This document shows positions 19,293 through 28,508 of a stretch of 64,000 nucleotides of DNA, piece after piece. The stretch is from positions 160,001-224,000 of the forward strand of contig CAWAXX010000012.1 of the NCBI GenBank assembly GCA_963786105.1, given 5' to 3'. The DNA is from Vulcanimicrobiota bacterium (lineage in GTDB: Bacteria; Vulcanimicrobiota; Vulcanimicrobiia; Vulcanimicrobiales; Vulcanimicrobiaceae). How positions within the stretch are numbered: position 1 is the stretch's first letter; every line of letters begins with the position of its first letter. A program made the translations under genes and the position numbers. The notes beneath the pieces are model-generated. The model was not told the DNA's origin, made no database searches, and saw only the letters and a list, made by a program, of their open reading frames with translations.

Positions 19293-21658
19293 GTTCGGAT
19301 GATCGCGCCCAGCTCGCCTTGCAACGCGCCGAGGGCGCGGGCGATCGCTTCGTCGGCTTCTTCATCGGTGATGGTGGCATCGAAGCGCTGCAGCGCGATG
19401 CGTACGGCCAAGCTCTTGCGGCCTTCGCCAACCTGCTCGCCGCGGTATTCGTCGAAAACGCGAACGCCGGTGCAGGTCGCGCCTAAAGCGCGCGCGATGG
19501 TTCGTTCCACGTCGCCGGCGCCGACGTCGAGAGCGACGGTTAGTGCCAAGTCGCGCGACGTTCCCGGATATCTCGACGGCGGCCGGTAGTGCGGCAACGC
19601 GTACTCCGGCAAATGGTCGAGTTCGACGCTGCACAGATACGCGGGCAAGCGCGCGTCGAACGCCTTTCCAAGCCGCGGGTCGAGTTGCCCGAGTTCGGCG
19701 ACCGTCCGTTCGTCGATCGTTAATGCGGCCGTTTTGCCGGGATGAAGACCGCGAGCCGAGCTCGCGCGCGCGTCGGCGCGGCGCCCGGTCACCATCGCCA
19801 GCATCGCTTCGCAGTCGCCTTTCAATCGCAAGAAATGCGTATCGTTCCAGGGCGGATCGTCGACCGGCGCGGCGGCAAATCCAAAGGTCACTACCGGACG
19901 TTCGTCGATACGCCCGTCGCGCTGAGAGAAGACGTGTCCGATTTCAAAGGCGCGCACCGGTGCGTCGACCACGGCAAAATATCCGAGGAGTCCCGGGACG
20001 AGCGACGAGCGCAGATAGCGCTGTTCTTCCGAAAGCGGGTTGAGCACTTCGGCTGGAGTGCCGGCGGGCGGGATCCCCGCGCGCCGTTCGCGATCGAGCG
20101 GATCGCGACCGTGGAGCGAATGCGTAACGATTTCACGATATCCCAGCGTCGCCAACGCACGCGCGACGGCCGATTCCTGGTCGAACGCGGCGCTCGAAAT
20201 CTGATGCGACGGCACCGCCGGAACGACGGCCTCGATGTTGTCGTAACCTTCCATGCGCGCGATCTCTTCGACGAGGTCGGCGGCGTTGACAACGTCGCGC
20301 CGCCAGGACGGAGGTACGACCGAAAACGCCGCGTCGCCGCTCGGAGTTACCTCAAACCCTAGCGCGCGCAGATGGCGGGCGACGCGTTGCGCCGGCAGCG
20401 AGAGACCCAACAAGCGCGCGACTTCGGCAGCGCGCAGGGAAATCGGCGCGGCCGCGGCGAGCTCGGCGCCGAAGACGTGCGGCCGATACGGCGTCGCTCC
20501 AAATTCGGAAAGCAGTTGCGCGGCTCGCGCTGCACCTGCGTCGGCGAGCGCCGGTGCAAGCGTCTTTTCGTGCCGCGCGGCCGCCTCGCTGCGCAGACCG
20601 AGCGCCTGGCTCGTTCGCCGGATGCGCCCGCCGTTGAAGTTCGCCGCCTCGAGGACGATCGCGGTCGTCGTGTCGTGGACTTCGCTATTCTTGCCGCCCA
20701 TCAGTCCGGCAAGGCCGAGGGCTTCGCGCGAATCGGCGATCACCAACGCCTGCGGTGAGATCGTTCGCTCGGCGCCGTCGAGCGTGACGATTTTCTCTCC
20801 CTCGCGGCCGTCGCGCACGATCAAGGTCGAGTCACTCACGGCGTCCGCGTCGTAAAAGTGCAGCGGCTGGCCCGTTTCGATCATGACGTAGTTCGACGCG
20901 TCGACGAGGTTATTGATCGGGCGCTGGCCGGCCAAGGCGAGGCGAACGCGCATCCATGCCGGCGCCGGTCCGACGGCGATGCCGTCGAAGCGTTGCGCGA
21001 CGAACCGATAGCAATCGGGGGATTCGATCGAGACGCGGGGCGCCTTGCCGGGTGGTTCGAGCCCTGTGCCTGGATTGTCGAACGACGGCAGCCGCAGCGG
21101 CCGGCCGTACGACGCGGCGAGTTCGCGGGCAAGGCCAACGACGGACATCGCGTCGACGCGATTCGACGTGATCTCGACGTCGAGCACCTCGGTATCGAGA
21201 CCGAGGAGTGCGACGGCGTTCGTCCCCGGCGGTGCGTGGTTCGCATCCATTTGCATGATCCCGTCCTCGAACCACTCCGCCGGTAACGCCAGCTCGTCGG
21301 CCGAGATCATCATGCCTTCCGAGGCGATTCCGCGCATTTTGCGCGGCTCGATGGTGAGCTGTGGTAGACGCGCCCCGATCGTTGCGACCGCAATCGTTTG
21401 GCCGGTCGCGACGTTGGTGGCCGCCGTCGCTACCGTCAACGGTCGATCGGCGCCGACGTCGACCTGCGCGACCGACAGACGGTCGGCATTCGGGTGCTTC
21501 TCGAGATTGAGAATTTTGCCGATGACGACGCCCGAAATGGGCGGCCGCTTCTCGACGTCGTCAACCGGAAATCCAAGCATCGCTAAGCGGTCGGCGATCG
21601 TCTGAGCATCCTCGGGCAAGTCGACGAACTCGCGCAGCCACGATATCGGGATCCTCAC
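19289..21658 (-). CDS. pheT: Phenylalanine-tRNA ligase beta subunit
   Basis: HPNADRL, NRVDAMS, INNLVDASNYVM.E.GQPLHFYD, DLVEEIAR, C-terminal FDX-ACB (RDLA, KSLA). Confidence 0.98.
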   Translation of the reverse strand: MRIPISWLREFVDLPEDAQTIADRLAMLGFPVDDVEKRPPISGVVIGKILNLEKHPNADRLSVAQVDVGADRPLTVATAATNVATGQTIAVATIGARLPQLTIEPRKMRGIASEGMMISADELALPAEWFEDGIMQMDANHAPPGTNAVALLGLDTEVLDVEITSNRVDAMSVVGLARELAASYGRPLRLPSFDNPGTGLEPPGKAPRVSIESPDCYRFVAQRFDGIAVGPAPAWMRVRLALAGQRPINNLVDASNYVMIETGQPLHFYDADAVSDSTLIVRDGREGEKIVTLDGAERTISPQALVIADSREALGLAGLMGGKNSEVHDTTTAIVLEAANFNGGRIRRTSQALGLRSEAAARHEKTLAPALADAGAARAAQLLSEFGATPYRPHVFGAELAAAAPISLRAAEVARLLGLSLPAQRVARHLRALGFEVTPSGDAAFSVVPPSWRRDVVNAADLVEEIARMEGYDNIEAVVPAVPSHQISSAAFDQESAVARALATLGYREIVTHSLHGRDPLDRERRAGIPPAGTPAEVLNPLSEEQRYLRSSLVPGLLGYFAVVDAPVRAFEIGHVFSQRDGRIDERPVVTFGFAAAPVDDPPWNDTHFLRLKGDCEAMLAMVTGRRADARASSARGLHPGKTAALTIDERTVAELGQLDPRLGKAFDARLPAYLCSVELDHLPEYALPHYRPPSRYPGTSRDLALTVALDVGAGDVERTIARALGATCTGVRVFDEYRGEQVGEGRKSLAVRIALQRFDATITDEEADEAIARALGALQGELGAIIRT

Positions 21659-22692
21659 GATTGAAGCTGCTCGAGAAAGTCGAGATCGCTATTGATGAAG
21701 CGCCGGACGTCGTCCACGTCGTAGCGAGAAAGCCCGAGCCGCTCCGCGCCGAAGCCGAACGCCCAACCGGAATAGACGTCCGGATCGTAGTTCATTTCGC
21801 GCAGGACGTTGGGATGTACCATTCCGGCGCCGCCAAGCTCGATCCATCCAGACCCGCCGCACATCCCGCAACGGTCGCCGTTTCCCTTGCACTTCGGGCA
21901 CGTCGTATCGACTTCGGCGCTCGGTTCGGTAAACGGAAAGAAGGACGGCCGAAAGCGAACGCGTTGCGATGGGCCGAAGAGCTCGCGGCACATGCCGGTG
22001 AGCATGCCCTTCAAATGACCGAAATGAATGCCCTCGGCGACCAATAATCCCTCGATCTGATGAAACTGGAAGAGGTGCCGGGCGTCGACGGCGTCGCGGC
22101 GGTAGCATTTTCCCGGTGCGACGATGGCGATCGGCGGGCGGTACTTTTGCATCGTGCGAATCTGCATCGGCGACGTGTGGGGTCGCAGCAACAGCGTGCC
22201 GGTTAGCCAGAACGAGTCGAAGCCTTCGCGGGCCGGATGGTCTGCCGGAATATTGAGCGCGTCGAAGTTGTAATAGTCCGGCTCGATCTCCGGACCGATG
22301 ACCACCGCAAATCCGTGACGGCGAAAGTACGCGCAGGCATCTTCGACGATTTTTCGCACCGGATTGATCGATCCGGTGAGCGGCGCGATCGCGGGAAACG
22401 TTACGTCGACCGATCGCGCGAGCTCGCGTTCGACGTCGCGCGATTCGAAGCGCGCCTGCGCGTCGGCGAGCATCGTCTCCATCGACTCGACGGCTTCGTT
22501 GATGAGCTTGCCTGCAGTTGGGCGCTCGGCGGCCGGCAGCGTGCCGATCGCCCGGCGCAAATGCGTTACCTCGCCGTTTCTTCCGAGAAATGCGATGCGC
22601 GCCGCCTCGAGCGCGCGGTCGTCCGGAGCGGCGTCGAGTGCCGTTCGAAAGCGCTGCCGAAGATCTTCGAGCGTCGAAGCCAATTCACTCAC
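21655..22692 (-). CDS. pheS: Phenylalanine-tRNA ligase alpha subunit
   Basis: NFDALNIP.DHPAR, HTSPMQIR, FHQIEGL, FPFTEPS, GMVHPNV. Confidence 0.98.
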   Translation of the reverse strand: MSELASTLEDLRQRFRTALDAAPDDRALEAARIAFLGRNGEVTHLRRAIGTLPAAERPTAGKLINEAVESMETMLADAQARFESRDVERELARSVDVTFPAIAPLTGSINPVRKIVEDACAYFRRHGFAVVIGPEIEPDYYNFDALNIPADHPAREGFDSFWLTGTLLLRPHTSPMQIRTMQKYRPPIAIVAPGKCYRRDAVDARHLFQFHQIEGLLVAEGIHFGHLKGMLTGMCRELFGPSQRVRFRPSFFPFTEPSAEVDTTCPKCKGNGDRCGMCGGSGWIELGGAGMVHPNVLREMNYDPDVYSGWAFGFGAERLGLSRYDVDDVRRFINSDLDFLEQLQS

Positions 22693-22745
22693 GATGCTCC
22701 CATGCCCAACCTGACCGTCAAAGTGGGTCCCTATCTACACAATTG

Positions 22746-22778
22746 AAAAACGCCCGGTGTTGATACTATACCGGGCGT
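22746..22778 (-). terminator. Intrinsic terminator / attenuator upstream of pheS
   Basis: Minus strand ACGCCCGGT-N11-ACCGGGCGT followed by TTTT. Confidence 0.75.
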
Positions 22779-22843
22779 CTCGGAAATTGGCTCGGACTTC
22801 TCCGGGCGCCGCGCGTCGGGGCGCGGCTCTCCCGAGCGATGCT

Positions 22844-22942
22844 TCAGGTCGCGCTGGTTGCCGGATGGAGATGACGGTAAGCCAAATAGGCGTCGATCGA
22901 ACCAGTTTGGGCGAAGAGCTTCCAGAAGAAAGTGGCGGTCAT
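22844..22942 (-). CDS. YqzL-like small protein (32 aa)
   Basis: MTATFFWKLFAQTGSIDAYLAYRHLHPATSAT; W.LF.QTG.IDAYL.Y pattern; AAGGAG upstream. Below the ORF-track size cut-off. Confidence 0.8.
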   Translation of the reverse strand: MTATFFWKLFAQTGSIDAYLAYRHLHPATSAT

Positions 22943-23004
22943 GTTGCGCTCGGTCTCCTTCTAGCCGTCGGCTCCGGGGCGGCCGGGTCTTAAGGAATGC
23001 CGTG

Positions 23005-23013
23005 AGTATAGCA
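23005..23013 (-). promoter_or_regulatory. Extended -10 promoter element for yqzL-pheST
   Basis: TGcTATACT on the minus strand, ~60 nt upstream of the YqzL-like ORF. Confidence 0.55.
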
Positions 23014-23087
23014 TGCGACTTTTACGGCGGGTAGTCTTGACTTTTTGGCTCCCAGACACTCTCTTGACAAGCCGCCTTAAGCCGCCC

Positions 23088-23864
23088 TCAGCGGCGATTC
23101 CGGATCGCCTCGTAGAGGCCGATCGACCCGGCGACCGCCGCGTTCAAGCTCTCGCTCGGGCCGGTCATCCGAATCGACAGGAGCCGGTCGCAGATGGTGG
23201 CCCAGCTGCCTAGGCCGTGGCGCTCGTGACCGACCACCAGCACGCTGCGCGCGGGCCAGGAGGCGCCTTCGAGGGGTGCGGCATCCGTCGCTAAGCCGGC
23301 CACGTCGAACCCCCCGGCGCGCGCGGCCGGCGCCAAGTCGCCCGCGTCGCCTAGCGCGAGGGCGAGCCGAAACAGCGCGCCCATGGCGGAGCGGACGACC
23401 TTTGGGTGATACGGGTCCACCCCGGTTCGGCCGAACACGACGCCCAGAGCGCCAAAGGCGTCGGCCGAACGAACCAGCGTCCCGGCATTTCCGGGATCGT
23501 TGAGGTCGGCGAGCACCAGCACGACTCCGTCGCGAACGAACAGGTCGTCGAGGGCGCGAAATCGCGCTGGGGCGACGGCGAGAAGGCCGCTCGGCGTTTC
23601 GACGTCGGAGAGCCCGGCAGCGATGCGGTCGTCCACGACGAACGTGGGCGTCCCGGCGCCGTCGAGATCGCGCACCACCGCCGAACTATCGTAGGCGGTC
23701 TGCGTCACGTACAGCTCCTCGACTTCAGTGCCGCTGCGCAGCGCCTCGTCGAGCAGGATGGCGCCTTCGAAGGCGAATCGATGCTGCTCGCGCCGCCCCT
23801 TGACGGTCCTTAACGCGCGAATGCGGCTCAATCGCTCGGAGTGGCGGCCGAGACGAGTCGCCAA
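23088..23864 (-). CDS. TrmH/SpoU family RNA methyltransferase
   Basis: DPGNAGTLVRSA, KVVRSAMG, VGHERHG, ESLNAAVA. Confidence 0.93.
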   Translation of the reverse strand: MATRLGRHSERLSRIRALRTVKGRREQHRFAFEGAILLDEALRSGTEVEELYVTQTAYDSSAVVRDLDGAGTPTFVVDDRIAAGLSDVETPSGLLAVAPARFRALDDLFVRDGVVLVLADLNDPGNAGTLVRSADAFGALGVVFGRTGVDPYHPKVVRSAMGALFRLALALGDAGDLAPAARAGGFDVAGLATDAAPLEGASWPARSVLVVGHERHGLGSWATICDRLLSIRMTGPSESLNAAVAGSIGLYEAIRNRR

Positions 23865-23867
23865 GCG

Positions 23868-24077
23868 TTACCGCGCTCTCGTACGCGCCGTCACCCAGGC
23901 GCGAGTCGCGATCATGACGAGCCCCGCGAAGATGGCGGCCAGCACGATGGCGATCTTGTCGTTGAAGTGATGCGGCACGAGCAGTCCGACCAGCAGATAC
24001 ACGGCGACGACGAAGACCGCGATAAAGTAGGCGAGCCAAGCGACTTCAGCGGCGACAGACGAGCGTGACCGGTTCAT
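23868..24077 (-). CDS. Small membrane hypothetical protein (2 TM)
   Basis: Two hydrophobic helices; abuts the TrmH gene. Confidence 0.65.
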   Translation of the reverse strand: MNRSRSSVAAEVAWLAYFIAVFVVAVYLLVGLLVPHHFNDKIAIVLAAIFAGLVMIATRAWVTARTRAR

Positions 24078-24151
24078 CGAGGGCTCATACGAGGCGCGAA
24101 CCGGCGGTTCCGCCAAACCTTCGAGTCCGCTTACTCACGCGACAGGACACG

Positions 24152-24718
24152 ATGATTTCGATGAACGATGTGCCGCAGTTGCTTTCTTCCAACCGCGTTT
24201 TCACCGGCCTGGTCTTCAACGTTCGAATCGACGAGCTTCGCTACAGCGACGGCTCGAAACACCGCCTCGACGTCGTCGAACACGGACCGTCGTTTACGAT
24301 TCTGGCGACGCCGAATCCGGGTGAGGTCGTCCTGGTGCGCCAGTATCGCCACGCCGCCGGGGCGACCCTCTGGGAGCTTCCCGCGGGGATGTCCGAAGCC
24401 GGCGAAGAGCCGATCGCCGGAGCGGCTCGCGAACTGCGTGAGGAAACGGGATATCACGCGGGAAGAATGCGCCCGCTTGCGTCGCTTTACTCGACCCCCG
24501 GTTTCTGCGACGAGGTCTTGCATTTCTTCCACGCCGACGATCTTCAAGCGGGCGAACAAGCACTCGACGATGACGAAGTCATCGAGGTCGGCATCTTCGA
24601 ATTCGATGCTGCTTGGCGCCTGATTGCCGGCGGCTCGATTGCCGACTGTAAAACCGTGTTAGGCCTTCTCTGGGCCCAGGCTCATCGGGACGAAATTGGA
24701 GGCGGATTTCGCCGATAA
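24152..24718 (+). CDS. NUDIX hydrolase (ADP-ribose pyrophosphatase-like)
   Basis: RQYR, WELPAG.....E....AARELREETG Nudix box, TPGF.DE. Confidence 0.92.
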   Translation: MISMNDVPQLLSSNRVFTGLVFNVRIDELRYSDGSKHRLDVVEHGPSFTILATPNPGEVVLVRQYRHAAGATLWELPAGMSEAGEEPIAGAARELREETGYHAGRMRPLASLYSTPGFCDEVLHFFHADDLQAGEQALDDDEVIEVGIFEFDAAWRLIAGGSIADCKTVLGLLWAQAHRDEIGGGFRR

Positions 24719-24774
24719 ATAGCTAACGTTCGTCATCGACCCGCGTCTCATGCTACGGACGCGGGGCTTCGGCC

Positions 24775-25059
24775 ATGGAGGGAGTCGTGGAAATACCGAG
24801 CGACATCGATGCCGTGCTCAAACGATTGCTCGATCCTCGTGAGGATGGCGCAAGTTCGCTGCTGGCACCAGAAGACGAAGCATATTTAAACTCGTTGATC
24901 GACTCCGTTCGAGCGGGACGTCGCGCGGTGCTCATCGTGGAAGACGCCGACGAGCGGTTGCGATACATGTTCAGCAATGCAACGCGGGCTGAAGCGGTAA
25001 CCATGCTCGGCAAAGTTGTGGAAGCTGCTGGCCGCCGTCTCACCGAAGGCGACGATTAG
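24775..25059 (+). CDS. Hypothetical protein
   Basis: 94-aa ORF filling the gap, with protein-like composition. Confidence 0.6.
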   Translation: MEGVVEIPSDIDAVLKRLLDPREDGASSLLAPEDEAYLNSLIDSVRAGRRAVLIVEDADERLRYMFSNATRAEAVTMLGKVVEAAGRRLTEGDD

Positions 25060-25161
25060 GGCGGTTCGTTTATCCCATATCATCGTCGCCTCAGGTCTCA
25101 TTTTAGCGTACTAAACTTCGACCTGCGGCTCCTCGATCTGGAATAAACCAACTGCCCTAAT
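25055..25161. repeat. ~107-nt hairpin element (MITE-like or structured RNA), copy 1
   Basis: 23-nt terminal inverted repeats (3 mismatches); internal core shared with 58835-58943. Confidence 0.75.
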
Positions 25162-25172
25162 AAGGCTCCGGT

Positions 25173-26594
25173 TTAGTCGGCGAGGACGAGTTCGTCGATT
25201 TTGCCGTCGCGCGTGAGAGCGAACTTGTAGTGATACCGCGCGTGCGGGTAGCGGACCAAAAATTCGTAGAGCGTGTTGCCGTTGGTTTCGGTCGAGCTGG
25301 ATATCGGCTCGATTGCTTGAAGTTTTCCGAGCGCCGCAAAGTCCGAGCGCGAGACGAGGTCGTCGGTGAGATACGTGCTGAACTGCGGCGTGAGTTGCGT
25401 GCGGTCGATGTGCTTATCGGCGAGACGCTGCAGCCATTCTTCGGCCCGGGTAACGATCGCGTTATCGAGATGCGCCGTCGAGGGCGGTGCGACGATGTCG
25501 AGAATCCGGGCCGCCATCGACGCCGGAGAAGCAGTCCTTCCGCCGTGCATCGAGTCGGCGTTCACGAACACGATCACCGCGAGGTGATTGTCGGGAAGCA
25601 GGGCGTTGACCGCCTGATAGCCGGCGATCTGACCCGCGTACCACGCGAAGCGCTTACCTCCGCGTTGATCGATCACCCAGCCCAATCCGTACTTGGTTGG
25701 TCCGTTCGATCCGCTCGGCTCGAACATTGCGCGTTCGGCATCGACCCTCAGAAGAATCGGCATCTCGATGTCCCACTTCGCCAAGTCGTAGACCGTCGTG
25801 ACCAAACCACGGTCGCCGCCGAGCCACGCCGGATCCCAGTTGCGCGCGACGACGAATCCCCGCGGGCCGGCGCCGTGCGTGTAACCGACGGCGCGCGACG
25901 GCGATATTCCGGTGTCGCCGGCGAGAAACGTGCGCGTCATCACGAGCGGGAAGAAGATGCGCTGCTGGAGGAAGTCCGAGAGTGGTTCGCCGCCGGCGCG
26001 TTCGACCACGATGCCGGCGATCAAGTAGTTGACGGGATTGTCGGAGTACACCGCGGCCGGCGGCGCGACGGGTTTTTGCGCGTTGATTGCGGCGAGGAGG
26101 TCGGCGGTTTTGACCGAGCGCGTGAGATCGGCCGGCGGGCTCGCGGTTCTCGGGTTCGGCAAGCCGGACGTCTGCTGCAACAGTTCGGCGATGGTGACGT
26201 TGGCGGCGACCGCGGACAACTCGGGAACGTATTTCGTCACCCGGTCCTCGAGCTTGAGCTTTCCGTCTTGCATCAGCATCAAGACGGCGGCCGCGGTAAA
26301 CTGTCTGGTGAGGTCGCCCACGTAGAATTCGGTGTCGGGCTGCACTGCGATGTTTTTTTGGATATTGGCGCTTCCGAAGGCGCGCGCGTAAACGATTCGG
26401 CCGTCCTCCACGACGCCGACGGCTATGCCGGGCGCTCTACCTTCGTGAACCTCGTTGCGAGCGAGTCGATCGATCGTCGAAGCCATTCGCGGCGTAAAGA
26501 CGGATTCGGCACCGGCGGCTCTTCCCGGCGGCAAGCCGCCGCCTCCTACGAGCGCCAGAAATGCAAAGACCCATAGCCGCTTCACGCGGGTCAC
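25173..26594 (-). CDS. Beta-lactamase-like serine hydrolase fold protein, secreted, catalytic motifs degenerate
   Basis: PGIAVGV, LLQQTSG, IFFPLVM, YGLGW; SxxK is replaced by DLTR. Confidence 0.85.
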   Translation of the reverse strand: MTRVKRLWVFAFLALVGGGGLPPGRAAGAESVFTPRMASTIDRLARNEVHEGRAPGIAVGVVEDGRIVYARAFGSANIQKNIAVQPDTEFYVGDLTRQFTAAAVLMLMQDGKLKLEDRVTKYVPELSAVAANVTIAELLQQTSGLPNPRTASPPADLTRSVKTADLLAAINAQKPVAPPAAVYSDNPVNYLIAGIVVERAGGEPLSDFLQQRIFFPLVMTRTFLAGDTGISPSRAVGYTHGAGPRGFVVARNWDPAWLGGDRGLVTTVYDLAKWDIEMPILLRVDAERAMFEPSGSNGPTKYGLGWVIDQRGGKRFAWYAGQIAGYQAVNALLPDNHLAVIVFVNADSMHGGRTASPASMAARILDIVAPPSTAHLDNAIVTRAEEWLQRLADKHIDRTQLTPQFSTYLTDDLVSRSDFAALGKLQAIEPISSSTETNGNTLYEFLVRYPHARYHYKFALTRDGKIDELVLAD

Positions 26595-27241
26595 TTTGAC
26601 TCATAGGCCAGTTGGGCCTCGGCGACCACTCGAGGCCCGTCGACTAGCGCCAGCTGATTCATGCGATGGCTGTTCGGCAGGTAGAGCATCGCGACGTCGC
26701 CGTGAGGCTTCATCGTTCCGAGCATCGTGCGCGTGCCGTCGTGCATCCAGGCGACGTCGAGGGCGCTGGATGCGCCGTGCACGAGAATTACGTACCAGGA
26801 GCCGTTCGGTGCGTACATAACGCGACCACTCGCCCCGCCCGTCATGGCCGTGAACGTCGCGCTGCGCACCGACGTTCCGGCCAAACGGCTCATAACGTCG
26901 GCGTTGGCGGTGATGGCGTCGCGCATCGCCTGGTTCTGCGTCCAGAAGTATGCCGATGGAAGTAACGCCAGCAGCAACGTCGCTGCCAAAGCTCCCCACG
27001 CGGGCCAGCCGGTGCGGACTCGCGGCGAAGGTGCGCGGAAGCGCCGCAGCAAGGCGGCCGGGGGCTCGCGGCTGGGTTCCGCGGCAACCATCCGAGTGAC
27101 GTCCTCTTCGGCGGCTCCAAGAAGCCGGCGGCACGGCGCACATGCGGCGGCGTGCGAATCGACGGCGTTCCGGGTGGATTCGTCGAGTGCCCCCAGCGCG
27201 TACAGCGCGGCATTTTCACCGACGTGGTCGCGGACGTTCAC
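26591..27241 (-). CDS. Anti-sigma factor (RskA-like) with HxxxCxxC motif
   Basis: YALGAL, HAAACAPC, single TM, extracytoplasmic domain; overlaps the sigma gene stop. Confidence 0.8.
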   Translation of the reverse strand: MNVRDHVGENAALYALGALDESTRNAVDSHAAACAPCRRLLGAAEEDVTRMVAAEPSREPPAALLRRFRAPSPRVRTGWPAWGALAATLLLALLPSAYFWTQNQAMRDAITANADVMSRLAGTSVRSATFTAMTGGASGRVMYAPNGSWYVILVHGASSALDVAWMHDGTRTMLGTMKPHGDVAMLYLPNSHRMNQLALVDGPRVVAEAQLAYESK

Positions 27242-27783
27242 GTGTGCGACGGCTCCAAGGCTGTGGCGAGCTTGCGTAGCCCGCCGGCGATGCGGCTCTT
27301 CACGGTTCCTAGCGGCTCTTGCAGTTCGGCCGAGATCTCCGCGTGCGTCTTCCCTTCGTAATAGGCCAGCTCGAGTGGTACGCGCTGCTGGGGCGGCAGG
27401 CCGGCGAGGGCCGCACGCAGCCGGTCGCGTTCGATAGGGTCACCGGCGAGCAACTCGTCATGCTCCTGGGGCTCGGCGGCCAACCGCTCCGCCAAATGCA
27501 GTCGCCGCGCTTGCGATCGACGGCGAGAAATCGCCTCGTTGCGCACGCAAACGACGAGAAAGCTGCGGACGAGTCCGCGCTCCCGATGATAGGCGTTGGG
27601 CGAGCGCCAAACGCGCGCCAGCGCGTCGTGAACGCAATCGGCGGCGTCCTCGCCGTTCCCCAGCACGTTGTACGCTGCCGAATAAAGCAGCGGCGCATAC
27701 CGGCGGTACGCCTCGTCGAACGCCCAGCGCTCGTGTGCGGCAAAGCCCGCCGCCAACGTTTCGTCGTCGCCCGAATCGAGCAT
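27238..27783 (-). CDS. ECF sigma-70 factor (SigK-like)
   Basis: AADCVHD..ARVW, RNEAI, LP.QQR..LELAYYEGKTHAEIS, LGTVKSRI. Confidence 0.92.
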   Translation of the reverse strand: MLDSGDDETLAAGFAAHERWAFDEAYRRYAPLLYSAAYNVLGNGEDAADCVHDALARVWRSPNAYHRERGLVRSFLVVCVRNEAISRRRSQARRLHLAERLAAEPQEHDELLAGDPIERDRLRAALAGLPPQQRVPLELAYYEGKTHAEISAELQEPLGTVKSRIAGGLRKLATALEPSHT

Positions 27784-27932
27784 CGTATCGAGCCTTCGAC
27801 GCGCCGGACGGCTGTCGCCTGGAAACGCGTGCGCGCCATGCCACGCCAACGCAGTCATCTCAGGAAGAGAACGACCGGGGCACCCCTCTCGGATCAACCT
27901 GTCCCGATGAGGCAGAGGATTCGGCTACCTCA

Positions 27933-28292
27933 CTACTTGCCGACGGCGCGCTTGGCCAAGGACATCAACGTGCCGAATGCCGCTCGATCCGAGATCGCGA
28001 GCTCGGCGAGCGCCTTTCGGTTGAGGCTCACGCCCGATTTCTTCAAGCCGTTCATGAAAACCGAATACGAAAGGCCTTCGCGGCGAACGGCCGCGTTGAT
28101 GCGGCTGATCCACAGCGAACGGAAGTCGCGCTTGCGCACGCGACGGTCGCGGAAAGCATAAGCCAGCGATTTGAGGAGCGCTTCGTTTGCGACGCGATAG
28201 TTCCGTCGCCGGGCGGCGCGAAAACCTTTGACGAGCTTCATCACCTTGCGGCGATGCTTGAGGCCGTGGACCCCGCGTTTGATACGTGCCAT
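27933..28292 (-). CDS. rplT: 50S ribosomal protein L20
   Basis: MARIKRG, RDRRVRKRDFRSLWISRINAA, LNRKALAELA. Confidence 0.99.
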   Translation of the reverse strand: MARIKRGVHGLKHRRKVMKLVKGFRAARRRNYRVANEALLKSLAYAFRDRRVRKRDFRSLWISRINAAVRREGLSYSVFMNGLKKSGVSLNRKALAELAISDRAAFGTLMSLAKRAVGK

Positions 28293-28301
28293 GGTTTCTC
28301 C

Positions 28302-28508
28302 TTAGACTAGGTACGGGATCGTGGGCGCCAGGCGCTTGAGATCGCCTTTGAAGACCGGCTGATCCTTGCGGAAATTGCGTTTGCGCTTGCGCGTCTTCTT
28401 GCTCAAGATATGGCCGCAGCCACTGAATTGGTGGCGATGCAACACCTTGCCCGTCGCGGTCACTTTGACCCGTTTAGCAGTTCCTCGGTGAGTTCGAATT
28501 TTAGGCAC
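28302..28508 (-). CDS. rpmI: 50S ribosomal protein L35
   Basis: MPKIRTHRGTAKRVKVTATGK, HILSKK; lies between infC and rplT. Confidence 0.98.
   Translation of the reverse strand: MPKIRTHRGTAKRVKVTATGKVLHRHQFSGCGHILSKKTRKRKRNFRKDQPVFKGDLKRLAPTIPYLV

Noticed and set aside
22693..22843. T-box riboswitch upstream of pheS
   Set aside because: No T-box consensus (GGTGGNACC) or stem I motifs were found, and the space is occupied by a small ORF.
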